Shown in pieces: positions 36,881-47,716 of a stretch of DNA of 64,000 nt. A program made the translations under genes and the position numbers. Under the pieces are notes generated by a model that had not been told where the DNA came from, ran no database searches, and worked only from the letters and a program-made list of their open reading frames with translations. Position 1 is the stretch's first letter. The number at the start of each line of letters is the position of its first letter. Origin of the DNA: Escherichia coli (lineage in GTDB: Bacteria > Pseudomonadota > Gammaproteobacteria > Enterobacterales > Enterobacteriaceae); NCBI RefSeq assembly GCF_044324785.1, contig NZ_CP172127.1. One strand, written 5' to 3'.

Positions 36881-39800
36881 ATGAGCGGAAAACCGGCAGC
36901 ACGTCAGGGCGATGCCACAATGAAAGGTGGCCCGATAGTCCAGGGGTCGGCAGGCGTGAGGATTGGCGCGCCAACCGGCGTGGCCTGTTCAGTGTGCCCC
37001 GGCGGATTCACTTCCGGTAACCCGGTGAATCCGCTGCTCGGTGCAAAAGTACAGCCCGGCGAAACCGATTTCGCGCTGCCCGGCCCGTTACCGTTCGTGC
37101 TCTCCCGCACCTACAGCAGCTACCGGACGAAAACCCCTGCGCCCGTCGGTATCTTCGGTCCTGGCTGGAAAGCACCCTTTGATATCCGCTTACAGATACG
37201 CGATAACGAACTGATACTCAATGATAACGGTGGCAGAAGCATTCATTTTGAGCACCTGTTTCCCGGTGAGGATGGCTTCAGCCGCAGCGAATTATTCTGG
37301 CTGGTGCGCGGCGGCGTGGCGAAACTGAATGAAAGTCACCGTCTTGCCCCACTCTGGCAGGCTCTGCCGGAAGAACTCCGCATGAGTCCGCATATTTATC
37401 TGGCGACGAACAGTCCGCAGGGGCCGTGGTGGATACTCGGCTGGAGTGAGCGGGTACCGGGTGTGGATGAGGTGCTGCCTGCGCCATTGCCGCCGTACCG
37501 GGTGCTGACCGGCCTGGTGGACCGCTTCGGGCGTACCCTGACCTTCCGGCGTGAGGCAGTTGGCGAATTTACCGGGGAAATCACCGGCGTGACCGATGGC
37601 GCAGGCCGTCAGTTCCGCCTGGTGCTGACCACGCAGGCGCAGCGGGCGGAAGAGGCCCAGCAGCAGGCGGTTGCAGCCGGAGCAAAACGACCAGATATCC
37701 CGGTTTCATTGCCGGACTATACAGAATATGGCCGGGATAACGGCATCCGCCTGTCAGCGGTGTGGCTGGCGCATGACCCGGAATACCCGGAGAATTTACC
37801 TGCCGCGCCACTGGTGCGCTACGACTGGACGCCACGCGGTGAACTGGCGGCGGTGTATGACCGCAGCGGTACGCAGATGCGCCACTTTACTTACGATGAT
37901 AAATACCGGGGCCGGATGGTGGCGCACCGTTACGCAGGCAGGCCGGAGATGCGTTACCGCTACGACGACATCGGGCGCGTGACGGAACAACGTAATCCGG
38001 CGGGTTTAAGCTACACCTATCAGTATGAGAAAAACCGCATCATCATCACCGACAGCCTGAACCGGTGCGAGGTGCTGCATACAGAAGGCGAAGCCGGGCT
38101 GAAACGGGTGGTGAAAAAAGAGCACGCTGACGACAGCGTCACACAGAGTCAGTTCGATTCCATTGGCCGCCTTCAGTCACAGACGGATGCGGCAGGCCGG
38201 ACGACAGAATACAGTCCGAATGTGGTGACGGGTCTCGTCACACGCATCACCACGCCGGACGGCAGGAAATCGGAATTTTACTATAACAACCAGAACCAGT
38301 TAACCTCAGCATCCGGGCCTGACGGACTGGAAATGCGCAGGAAATATGATGAGTACGGGCGTCTGACGCAGGAAACCGCTCGCAACGGCGATATCACCCG
38401 CTACAGTTATGATAATCCGCACAGTGAATTACCCTCTGCAACTGAAGATGCGACGGGTAGCCGCAAGCAGATGACGTGGAGCCGTTACGGGCAGTTACTG
38501 ACTTTCACCGACTGCTCAGGCTACCAGACCCGTTATGAATACGACCGCTTTGGTCAGATGACGGCGGTCCACCGTGAGGAAGGTGTCAGTCTTTACCGCA
38601 GCTATGACAGCCGTGGTCAGTTAATCTCGGTGAAAGATACGCAGGGCCGTGAAACGCAGTATGAGTACAACGGTGCAGGCGACCTGACCGCCATTATCAC
38701 GCCAGACGACAACAGAAGCGAGACACAGTACGATGCGTGGGGAAAGGCCGTCAGTACCACGCAGGGCGGGCTGACGCGCAGCATGGAATACGACGTTGCC
38801 GGACGTGTCATCAGCCTGACCAACGAGAACGGCTGTCACAGCGACTTCAGTTACGATGTGCTCGACCGCCTGATACAGCAGAGCGGCTTTGACGGGCGGA
38901 CGCAACGTTACCGTTACGACCTGACCGGGAAACTCACGCAGAACGAGGATGAGGGGCTTGTCACCCTCTGGCACTACGACGAATCGGACCGTATCACACA
39001 CCGCACGGTGAACGGCGAACCGGCAGAGCAGTGGCGGTATAACGACCACGGCTGGCTGAAAGAAATCAGCCACCTGAGCGAAGGTCACCGGGTGGCGGTG
39101 CATTACGGCTATAACCGTAAGGGACGTCTCACCGGCGAGCGCCAGACGGTGCATAACCCGGAGACGGGGGAACTGCTCTGGCTGCATGAGACAAAACACG
39201 CCTACAACGAACAGGGTCTGGCAAACCGCGTCACGCCGGACTGCCTGCCTGCTGTGGAGTGGCTGACCTACGGCAGCGGTTACCTGGCGGGGATGAAGCT
39301 GGGCGACACGCCGCTGCTGGAGTACGCGCGCGACCGCCTGCACAGAGAAACGGTGCGCAGCTTTGGCAGCATGGCAGGCAGTAATGCCGCATACGAACTG
39401 ACCAGCACATACACCCCTGCAGGCCAGTTACAGAGCCAGCACCTGAACAGCCTGGTGTATGACCGTGACTACGGGTGGAATGACAACGGCGACCTGGTGC
39501 GCATCAGCGGCCCGCGACAGACGCGGGAATATGGCTACAGCGCCACGGGCAGGCTGGAGAGTGTGCGCACCCTCGCACCGGACCTGGACATCCGCATCCC
39601 GTATGCCACCGACCCGGCGGGCAACCGGCTGCCGGACCCGGAGCTGCACCCGGACAGTACACTCACGGCGTGGCCGGATAACCGCATCGCCGAAGACGCG
39701 CATTACCTGTACCGTTACGATGAATACGGCAGGCTGACGGAGAAGACGGACCGCATCCCGGCGGGTGTGATACGGACGGACGACGAGCGGACCCACCACT

Positions 39801-41062
39801 ACCACTACGACAGCCAGCACCGTCTGGTGTTCTACACGCGGATACAGCATGGCGAGCCACTGGTCGAGAGCCGCTACCTCTACGACCCGCTGGGACGGCG
39901 AATGGCGAAAAGGGTATGGCGGCGGGAGCGTGACCTGACGGGGTGGATGTCGCTGTCGCGTAAACCGGAGGAGACATGGTACGGGTGGGACGGCGACAGG
40001 CTGACGACGGTGCAGACTGACACCACGCGTATCCAGACGGTGTACCAGCCGGGAAGCTTCACGCCGCTCATCAGAATCGAAACAGACGTGACCGAACTGG
40101 AGAAAGCGCAGCGGCGAAGCCTGGCGGAGAAGTTACAGCAGGAAGGGAGTAAAGATGGTCACGGCGTGGTGTTCCCGCCTGAACTGGTGCGGCTGCTGGA
40201 CAGGCTGGAGGGGGAAATCCGGGCAGACCGTGTGAGTGACGAAAGCCGGGCGTGGCTTGCGCAGTGCGGGCTGACGGTGGAGCGGCTGGCGGCACAGATC
40301 GAGCCAGTTTATTTGCCTGAGCGAAAAATACATCTTTATCACTGCGACCACCGGGGACTGCCGCTGGCGCTTATCAGTACTGAAGGTGCAACGGAATGGC
40401 GTGGGGAGTATGACGAGTGGGGGAATCAGCTTAATGAGGAGAACCCGCATCATCTGTTCCAGCCATACCGCCTGCCGGGGCAGCAGTACGATGATGAATC
40501 GGGGCTGTGCTATAATCGTTATCGTTACTACGAGCCGTTACAAGGGAGGTATATTACACAGGACCCGATTGGGTTAAATGGGGGGTGGAATTTATATAAA
40601 TATCCGCTGAATCCAATAAATTATGCAGATCCTCTTGGCTTAGCCGTAGATATAAACCACTTCCCAGTCAACGAAGACATACGAAATTATGCAGAGAAAG
40701 TTTGGAATAATCCTAATATCATTACAATTGGAACACATGGTGATCCTCAATCAGTATATGATGAAAATTATAATAAGATAGATGTCAAGACATTAGCTAA
40801 TGAGGTTCGAAATCATCCTAAATTTAAACCTGGAATGTCAGTAAGACTGTTATCCTGTAATACAGGAAAAGGAAATAACTCTTTTGCACAGCAATTGGCA
40901 GATGAACTAGGTGTGAGAGTCTATGCTCCTGACCAATATGACTGGTACTATTCAAATGGTAAGGTAGAGCCTTGGGGAGGATTCTATGATGCAAACAATC
41001 AATTGCAAATGGACACGAATCAGCCTGGACATGAGTTTACATTCAAGCGAAGGAAACCATAG
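36881..41062 (+). CDS. Rhs-family polymorphic toxin: N-terminal PAAR-like domain, YD-repeat core, variable C-terminal toxin domain
   Basis: 1393 aa; N-terminus [38 protein letters not shown] (PAAR-like); many YD repeats (..RYRYDDIGR.., ..YEYDRFGQ..); core ends in the PxxxxDPxGL motif ([14 protein letters not shown]); SD AAGGAT upstream. Confidence 0.95.
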   Translation: MSGKPAARQGDATMKGGPIVQGSAGVRIGAPTGVACSVCPGGFTSGNPVNPLLGAKVQPGETDFALPGPLPFVLSRTYSSYRTKTPAPVGIFGPGWKAPFDIRLQIRDNELILNDNGGRSIHFEHLFPGEDGFSRSELFWLVRGGVAKLNESHRLAPLWQALPEELRMSPHIYLATNSPQGPWWILGWSERVPGVDEVLPAPLPPYRVLTGLVDRFGRTLTFRREAVGEFTGEITGVTDGAGRQFRLVLTTQAQRAEEAQQQAVAAGAKRPDIPVSLPDYTEYGRDNGIRLSAVWLAHDPEYPENLPAAPLVRYDWTPRGELAAVYDRSGTQMRHFTYDDKYRGRMVAHRYAGRPEMRYRYDDIGRVTEQRNPAGLSYTYQYEKNRIIITDSLNRCEVLHTEGEAGLKRVVKKEHADDSVTQSQFDSIGRLQSQTDAAGRTTEYSPNVVTGLVTRITTPDGRKSEFYYNNQNQLTSASGPDGLEMRRKYDEYGRLTQETARNGDITRYSYDNPHSELPSATEDATGSRKQMTWSRYGQLLTFTDCSGYQTRYEYDRFGQMTAVHREEGVSLYRSYDSRGQLISVKDTQGRETQYEYNGAGDLTAIITPDDNRSETQYDAWGKAVSTTQGGLTRSMEYDVAGRVISLTNENGCHSDFSYDVLDRLIQQSGFDGRTQRYRYDLTGKLTQNEDEGLVTLWHYDESDRITHRTVNGEPAEQWRYNDHGWLKEISHLSEGHRVAVHYGYNRKGRLTGERQTVHNPETGELLWLHETKHAYNEQGLANRVTPDCLPAVEWLTYGSGYLAGMKLGDTPLLEYARDRLHRETVRSFGSMAGSNAAYELTSTYTPAGQLQSQHLNSLVYDRDYGWNDNGDLVRISGPRQTREYGYSATGRLESVRTLAPDLDIRIPYATDPAGNRLPDPELHPDSTLTAWPDNRIAEDAHYLYRYDEYGRLTEKTDRIPAGVIRTDDERTHHYHYDSQHRLVFYTRIQHGEPLVESRYLYDPLGRRMAKRVWRRERDLTGWMSLSRKPEETWYGWDGDRLTTVQTDTTRIQTVYQPGSFTPLIRIETDVTELEKAQRRSLAEKLQQEGSKDGHGVVFPPELVRLLDRLEGEIRADRVSDESRAWLAQCGLTVERLAAQIEPVYLPERKIHLYHCDHRGLPLALISTEGATEWRGEYDEWGNQLNEENPHHLFQPYRLPGQQYDDESGLCYNRYRYYEPLQGRYITQDPIGLNGGWNLYKYPLNPINYADPLGLAVDINHFPVNEDIRNYAEKVWNNPNIITIGTHGDPQSVYDENYNKIDVKTLANEVRNHPKFKPGMSVRLLSCNTGKGNNSFAQQLADELGVRVYAPDQYDWYYSNGKVEPWGGFYDANNQLQMDTNQPGHEFTFKRRKP
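40643..41059 (+). other. Variable C-terminal toxin domain of the Rhs protein (139 aa, low GC)
   Basis: Sequence after [144 protein letters not shown]. Clear drop in GC relative to the core. Confidence 0.8.
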
Positions 41063-41064
41063 GT

Positions 41065-41667
41065 ATGAGGTATTTTCTCTTTATATTTATAACAATCCCC
41101 CTTATCTCTGGAGGTCATATGAGTAATGATAGCGAAAAGATAATATCAACATATTCGCTCAATTTTTTATCACCAGATGATGTGAGGAAAGAAGAACTTA
41201 AGGCATCACAAGGTGATAGTGATGCTGCATTTAAATTGTACAAATATTACCTTTTTTGCGAGCCAAAATCATACAGAAAACAGCACGAATGGTTAATAAT
41301 ATCGGCAAATAATGGAAATGCTATAGCTCAATATAACTTATCAAGAGAACTTGAGTCAGAAGGAAAAGTAGATGAATCAATACAATGGCTGAAAAAATCA
41401 GCGGAACATGGTAATAATTATGCACAATATCAGATGTCAAAATATTTATTAAAAATAGGTGATATTAGAGGATCGGAATATTATCTAAACTTATCTGCGG
41501 ATAACGGATGTGTATTTGCAATAAAAGATATTATCAAAAATATGATGGATAGTGGAAGGTACGATGACGCCCTCATTTGGGTTGAAAAATTGAAAAAATT
41601 GTATCCTGACACAAATACCGAACTTTACATACAAAAAATAACGCAGAAAAAAAAGCAATCCAAATAA
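41065..41667 (+). CDS. Putative cognate Rhs immunity protein with Sel1-like repeats
   Basis: Starts 2 nt after the rhs stop; AT-rich; Sel1/TPR-like repeats (..GNAIAQYNLSRELESEGKV..SIQWLKKSAEHGNNYAQYQMSKYLL..). An alternative start ATG at 41119 has a strong GGAGG SD. Confidence 0.7.
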   Translation: MRYFLFIFITIPLISGGHMSNDSEKIISTYSLNFLSPDDVRKEELKASQGDSDAAFKLYKYYLFCEPKSYRKQHEWLIISANNGNAIAQYNLSRELESEGKVDESIQWLKKSAEHGNNYAQYQMSKYLLKIGDIRGSEYYLNLSADNGCVFAIKDIIKNMMDSGRYDDALIWVEKLKKLYPDTNTELYIQKITQKKKQSK

Positions 41668-41955
41668 TAATTATATATAATTACTCGCACAGAGTTACAG
41701 TATTGCAAGAAATATATCTAGCATATAAAGTCGCCGCCAGTAAAGATAAAGTACTGTGTAATCCTTCCTCCCATATAGGGGTAAAAACTTAGCATCCAGT
41801 GCCCTCGACTTAATTTTTAGTATTTTCTCTGTGAAGTGACACTTCGTAGGATTCAGTTCATGTTTACCAGAAAAAAGGTGGTCATTCTGGTGGTCTTGAC
41901 AATCTCGATTTTTTGTTTTAGCTTTCCAATCAGCCAATTAATGGCTACGGCGATC

Positions 41956-41975
41956 CCAGTCAGAGGAGCCAAATT
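41956..41975 (+). repeat. Island right-end direct repeat (attR): copy of the tRNA-Asn 3' end
   Basis: ccagtcagaggagccaaatt is identical to the 3' end of asnW plus 4 nt of flank (31412..31431). Confidence 0.8.
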
Positions 41976-42032
41976 TTAGTTTTGAGACATCTCTATGAGT
42001 CTCAAGACAGTTAAAAAATAAAAATTATTTTT

Positions 42033-42067
42033 ACCCGGTTACCTTGTAAAAAGTGACCGGGTTTTTT
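42033..42067 (+). terminator. Rho-independent terminator (probable ancestral asnW terminator, displaced by the island)
   Basis: Hairpin acccggttaccttgtaaaaagtgaccgggt followed by a run of 6 T, just after the attR repeat. Confidence 0.6.
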
Positions 42068-42419
42068 GATTTCTGTGTTTCGTGCGCTTAATCGAGTCTC
42101 ACGCTTCGGTGAGCAAATTGCCCCCCAACAGACATCACGATTCGCAAGGTCAAAAAATTCGTTCCGTGAAGTACCATACAAAGGTATAGAGAAAAATGCC
42201 TTATGCGGGATGTTGCTGTCGCGTTTTTATCGGGAAACTAAACGTAATTGCCACTTTGTCTTCTGTAATCAGAAAAAGAAAACCTGGAATTTTAATAAAT
42301 ATTATTTCTCTGGGGCCGGTATTTTTATAATCAATATGATGGGTTGAATATTATATTTTTTATAGGAATATATGAGATTAAAGAAATCTGCCATAAAGAC
42401 AGATTCCTTTAAAATATAA

Positions 42420-43136
42420 TTAGAGATTTGCGACGTTATGATAAACTTTTTGAACATCGTCGTCATCTTCAAGGGCATCAACAAGCCCTTCAAAGATTTC
42501 TAAATCTTCTGGGGAAAGCTCAACTTCAGATTGAGCAATCATTTCTAATTCTGTTGTTGAGAACTCAGTGATTCCAGCTGCTTTTAGAGCCGCGATTCCT
42601 TTATGAAGGTCAGTAGGTTCGGTATAAATAACAATGTTACCTTCTTCTTCAGTCACATCACGAACATCAACTTCAGCTTCAAGTAAAATTTCAAAAATAT
42701 GGTCAGGGTCTGTTCCTTTAAATACAATCACACCCGTATTGTCAAACATATAGCTGACAGAACCTGCCGCTCCGATATTGCCGCCTTTTTTATTGAAAAT
42801 TGTGCGAACGTTAGCAATCGTACGGTTAACATTGGAAGTCAAGGTCTCAGCGATAATCATTGAGCCATTAGGACCAAAGCCTTCATAACGGCCCTGCACG
42901 AACGTTTCATCTCCGCCGCCTTTGGCTTTATCAATTGCTTTATCAATAACATGCTTTGGAACTTGTGCCTGCTTTGCTCGTTCAATAACGAATTTTAAAG
43001 ATGTGTTTAATTCTGGATCGGGTTCACCTTGTTTGGCAGCGGCATAGATTTCTACACCGAATTTTGCATAAATTTTAGACGTCGCACCGTCTTTAGCCGT
43101 TTTTTTAGCAACAATATTGGCCCATTTACGTCCCAC
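42420..43136 (-). CDS. yeeN: YebC/PmpR-family probable transcriptional regulator YeeN
   Basis: 238 aa, [37 protein letters not shown].. YeeN. Confidence 0.93.
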
Positions 43137-43477
43137 TGGAATGATCTCCTCGAAAATTTATTTACATTACTGGTAAATCGTTAACATGTGTTAATTCGGA
43201 ATATTATATCATAACAGGAAAAATCTCGTCTATTAGAAATAAAAATATTCTAAAGCCATAATATTATATTTAATCTCATAAAAACTAATGTCGTTGGCGG
43301 ATTTTTTTATAATTGTGTTTTGAAAGCATACTTGCTTTTAATATGTGGAAATCATTAAGGCTAGAATAAAACTCGTATCCGCCCCAGGAAGCAAACAGCC
43401 TGCTTTATTGCAGGCTATTTGCTGGATGACTTACTAAATCCTTCACATCTATTCCTGATAAAAAGGAACAGAATTTA

Positions 43478-44932
43478 TTACCGGAACGGCGGCTCATTAA
43501 ATGTTCGTAATTTACGTGAATGCAGTCGGTCGCCTTCTGCGCGCAGCAAATCGATCGCCCGAATGCCAATTTGCAGGTGTTCGGAAATAGCGCCTTCATA
43601 AAAACGGTTAGCCTGACCGGGAAGTTTAATCTCACCATGCAACGGTTTATCTGAAACACACAATAGTGTCCCGTATGGCACGCGGAAACGATATCCTTGC
43701 GCGGCAATGGTTGCACTTTCCATATCAATTGCTACGGCCCGGCTTAAGTTAAAACGAAGTGCAGAAGCTGAGTAACGTAATTCCCAGTTCCTGTCATCTG
43801 TGGTTACCACAGTGCCAGTACGTAGCCGCTGTTTAACTTCCTCACCGGGCCTGCCGCTGACTAACTTGGTAGCGTCATAAAGCGCACGTTGCACTTCAGC
43901 AATGCTCGGAATAGGAATATCGGGCGGCAGTACCGCATCAAGAACGTGGTCATCGCGTAAATAAGCGTGTGCAAGTACATAATCTCCAATGGCCTGGCTT
44001 TCACGTAAGCCACCACAGTGACCAATCATCAACCAGACATCCGGGCGTAGCACCGCCAGATGATCGCAGATGGTTTTTGCATTTGACGGTCCCACGCCAA
44101 TATTCACCAGAGTAATACCCTGACCATCGGCGGTAATTAAATGCCATGCTGGCATCTGGTGTTTTTTCCATGCAAGGTCGGAAATGGCTTCTTCTGGCGC
44201 TTTGGTTTCGGCGGTGATCCAGTTCCCGCCAGCACAAGAAAGGGCAATGTAGGGACTATCAGGGTCGAGGATCTGGCTGCATCCCCAACGAACGAATTCA
44301 TCCACATAACGTGTGTAGTTGGTAAACAAGACGAACGGCTGAAAATGTTCAACTGGCGTACCGGTGTAATGGCGCAACCGCGCGAGGGAAAAATCGACGC
44401 GGCGCGCATCAAAATGCGATAGCGGGGAGAATTCCGTTGGATGATAAATGCCGTCTGCAGTTTCATCGCCAATTTGCGCCAGTTCTGTTGTCGGGAAGTA
44501 GCGAGTTAACCCAGCGCTCATTGAGCGATCAAGGGTCAATTCAGAGCCATCGATGACATAAGGATAAGGGATTTCATGCTGCGAGGGTTGCACCGAGATA
44601 TGCGCACCATAATCCTGATACAACAACGTAAGTTGTTCATTGAGATACGAACGAAAGAGAGTAGGGCGAGTAATCGTGGTGGTGTAGCTGCCTGCGTGGG
44701 TAAAGCGACCAAATGCGCGCGTTTTGGGGGGATTGGTTGTGCTACCGTCCCAGGTTACGGTCAGTGATGGATAGACAAAAAGACCTTGTTTGCGGGCGTT
44801 TTCATCAGGTAATTCGCCACTTGTAATATAGTTGCCAATGGCGTTGCGTAAAGCGACTACAGATTGCTCATACAACGCGTCGAGTTTATCCAGTGCCTGA
44901 GCTGGGGTCAGACCGGAGCCCTTATTATTCAT
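43478..44932 (-). CDS. amn: AMP nucleosidase
   Basis: MNNKGSGLTPAQALDKLDALYEQSVVALRNAIGNY.. Amn (484 aa); internal ATG of ORF 43478..45088, preceded by AGGAG. Confidence 0.93.
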   Translation of the reverse strand: MNNKGSGLTPAQALDKLDALYEQSVVALRNAIGNYITSGELPDENARKQGLFVYPSLTVTWDGSTTNPPKTRAFGRFTHAGSYTTTITRPTLFRSYLNEQLTLLYQDYGAHISVQPSQHEIPYPYVIDGSELTLDRSMSAGLTRYFPTTELAQIGDETADGIYHPTEFSPLSHFDARRVDFSLARLRHYTGTPVEHFQPFVLFTNYTRYVDEFVRWGCSQILDPDSPYIALSCAGGNWITAETKAPEEAISDLAWKKHQMPAWHLITADGQGITLVNIGVGPSNAKTICDHLAVLRPDVWLMIGHCGGLRESQAIGDYVLAHAYLRDDHVLDAVLPPDIPIPSIAEVQRALYDATKLVSGRPGEEVKQRLRTGTVVTTDDRNWELRYSASALRFNLSRAVAIDMESATIAAQGYRFRVPYGTLLCVSDKPLHGEIKLPGQANRFYEGAISEHLQIGIRAIDLLRAEGDRLHSRKLRTFNEPPFR

Positions 44933-45033
44933 GTGTGTCTCCTGTTCCATACAATTACCGCACATCCGATAGTATGTCACAGAAATGTGAAACAAAAGTG
45001 TAAGACGAAGATCGGATGATCTTCGCCAGGCTA

Positions 45034-46350
45034 TCAAGCGCGTTGATTGTCTTTCATCAACAAAGCGGTCATTGCGGAAATCAGGCATCCAGCCAGCAAA
45101 TAAATAGCGACGCTATGCCAGTTCCCGGCAAAGTAAGTGATGAGTGCAGCGGCAATAAAAGGTGTAAATCCACCGCCAACCACACTGGCAACCTGATAAC
45201 CGACTCCAGCACCACTGTAGCGATAACTGGCACCAAACATTTCGGTAAACATCGGTTGTTGCACACACACCACCATGTCATGCGCAATGTTTGCCAGCAT
45301 TATGGAGAAGAAAACTATCCAGAAAATAGATTGTGCTTCAAGCGCCATAAAGAAAGGAAATGCGCTCAACGTTCCGATCAACGCGCCTGTGATATAAACC
45401 CTGCGGCGACCAAAACGATCGGCAAGCCAGGCAAAACAGGGAATTGTCAGGCAGCTTAATCCACCGACCAGCAAACCAATATTAAGGAAAAGTTCGCGCG
45501 GTAACCCCATATTCTGGGTTGAATAATTAAGTGCGAAGGCGGTAACGATGTACATCGTCAGCAACTCGCACAGTCGTAGCGCAATAATCTTCAGGAAAGC
45601 ACCGGGATGTCGTAATAGTGCTTCGATAACCGGGATGCGTTTTTTCGCGGCCGCTTGATTATGTTGCTGTTGTTCAAATTCCGCGGACTCCTCCATGCCA
45701 TTGCGCACCCACAATGCTCCCAGTACCAGTACGATGCTAAACAGGAAAGGAATGCGCCAGCCCCAGCTTAAAAACTGTTCGTCAGTCGTCATCATACTGA
45801 TCAATGAAACCAGTCCAGTTGAAAGCAGTAAACCTACACCGTAGCCAACTTGTACACCGCTACTGTAAAAGGCTTTTTTATTTTTCGGAGCACTTTCAAC
45901 AGAAAGCAACGCTGCGCCTCCCCATTCGCCGCCGACGGCAAATCCCTGTATGGCACGCAGCGTCACCAGTAAAATGGGGGCCCACCACCCAATGGTCGAG
46001 AAGGAAGGAAGAATACCAATCAAGGCTGTCGCGATACCCATCATCCAGACGGTCAGCATTAACATGCGCTTACGTCCCAGTCGGTCGCCAAAGTGACCGA
46101 AAATGACACCGCCGAGTGGTCGGAAAAGGAAGCCGACACCAAAGGTGGCAAATGCGGCGAGCGTTCCCATCGCCGGGCTTACTTGCGGGAAAAACTCGCG
46201 ATTAAACACCAGTGCGGCGGTAATGCCATAGAGTAAAAAATCATACCAGTCGACGACGGCACCAGCGAAACTGCCGAACGCAGCTCGTCGGGCGCGACTT
46301 AACGAAAGCGTCCCTTCATCGGGACGAGTGGAGATGAGCGTGGAGTCCAT
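45034..46350 (-). CDS. shiA: Shikimate transporter (MFS)
   Basis: 438 aa, MDSTLISTRPDEGTLSLSRARRAAFGSFAGAVVDWYDFLLYG.. ShiA. Confidence 0.93.
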   Translation of the reverse strand: MDSTLISTRPDEGTLSLSRARRAAFGSFAGAVVDWYDFLLYGITAALVFNREFFPQVSPAMGTLAAFATFGVGFLFRPLGGVIFGHFGDRLGRKRMLMLTVWMMGIATALIGILPSFSTIGWWAPILLVTLRAIQGFAVGGEWGGAALLSVESAPKNKKAFYSSGVQVGYGVGLLLSTGLVSLISMMTTDEQFLSWGWRIPFLFSIVLVLGALWVRNGMEESAEFEQQQHNQAAAKKRIPVIEALLRHPGAFLKIIALRLCELLTMYIVTAFALNYSTQNMGLPRELFLNIGLLVGGLSCLTIPCFAWLADRFGRRRVYITGALIGTLSAFPFFMALEAQSIFWIVFFSIMLANIAHDMVVCVQQPMFTEMFGASYRYSGAGVGYQVASVVGGGFTPFIAAALITYFAGNWHSVAIYLLAGCLISAMTALLMKDNQRA

Positions 46351-46601
46351 AATGATCCTGTTTGTACTGTCTTTTTATAATTAGTATGGAAAAGGTAACT
46401 CACATTGCCGTCGATCTATAAACGAACCTTATGAGACTACCTCGACAGAGCGCATCTGCAAATGATTTTATGGCTGATTAGCGGCAACATGAAAAATTCG
46501 CTGGAAGATGAAAGCGCAGGAGTTGCTGGTGTTGTTTAAGGATTAAGCAGAGGACCCACAGGTTCGAGATATGAAACATAAAAGTCCGCATATGCACAAA
46601 A

Positions 46602-47716
46602 TTGCACCCTGATGATTCTGATAGACTGCATTGCATTATAACCAGTAGGGAGGCGAGGTTAGTTATGTTTTTAGTATCATTGTTGAGACGTATTGCATTT
46701 AGTTACTACGATTATAAAGCTTATAATTTTAATATTGAAAAAACAGACTTTGTTGTCATACATATCCCCGATCAGATTGGCGATGCTATGGCCATCTTTC
46801 CAGTTATTCGGGCGATTGAAATGCATAAAATAAAGCATCTTTTAATTGTTACTTCGACTATTAATTTAGAAGTCTTTAATTCGCTCAAACTTGAACAGAC
46901 TAAATTAACATTAGTCACAATGACTATGCAGGATCACGCAACATTAAAAGAAATAAAAGATTTAGCGAAGAACATAACACAGCAATACGGTACGCCGGAT
47001 CTTTGTATAGAGGCGATGCGTAAAAAGAACCTGAAAACGATGATATTTATCAGTCAGTTGAAAGCAAAAACGAATTTTCAGGTTGTTGGTTTAACCATGA
47101 AGTGCTATTCCCCTTTGTGTAAGAGCGCGTCCCGGATGGATCAGAATCTCCGGGCTCCTGTACCCATGACATGGGCATTTATGATGCGTGAGGCGGGTTT
47201 TCCAGCAGTCAGGCCAATATATGAATTGCCACTAAGTAAGGATGTACTCGATGAGGTGCGCGAGGAAATGCGATCGTTAGGATCTTACATTGCGCTTAAT
47301 TTAGAAGGTAGCTCGCAGGAACGTACATTTTCATTATTGATTGCAGAAAATCTAATAGCAAAAATTCAAAGTGAAACAGATATACCAATAGTGATCGTTC
47401 ATGGACCAAAAGGGGAAGATAAAGCAAGGGTATTAGTGGATTGTTATAATAATGTCTACCGTTTATCCTTATCACCCTCGATTAAACGTTCAGCAGCAAT
47501 CATAAAAGATGCTTATATCGCAATAACTCCTGACACCTCAATATTACATATGGCAAGTGCCTATAATACCCCGTTGTTGCAATTTATGCTGATTATAAAA
47601 CGCGATGGCCCGCAATGGCCAATGTTTCGGAGTCAGTCGTCGTTGGGCAAAAAATTGACAATATAAGTCTGGATGAATTCGCAAAGGCATTAAAAAGTGT
47701 TTTGGCGAGAATATGA
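46602..47716 (+). pseudogene. yeeL: YeeL-like glycosyltransferase (family 9 / heptosyltransferase-like), -1 frameshift near nt 47570
   Basis: ORF 46602..47666 (..PDLCIEAMRKKNLKTMIFISQL..ITPDTSILHMASAYNTP) switches frame in a C4 run (47569-47572); the alternative frame continues ..PVVAIYADYKTRWPAMANVSESVVVGQKIDNISLDEFAKALKSVLARI to a stop at 47714-47716. Confidence 0.6.

Larger units (their letters stand above)
31428..41975. mobile_element. Genomic island (about 10.5 kb) integrated at the 3' end of tRNA-Asn asnW
   Basis: Bounded by the tRNA 3' end and a 20-bp direct repeat of it (ccagtcagaggagccaaatt) at about 41956-41975. Begins with a P4-type integrase and carries an Rhs toxin locus. The ancestral asnW terminator hairpin sits just beyond it at about 42033-42067, next to yeeN. 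Confidence 0.8.

Noticed and set aside
42066-42347. 93-aa ORF between the island end and yeeN
   Set aside because: TTG start inside the ancestral terminator hairpin, AT-rich; likely the yeeN promoter region.
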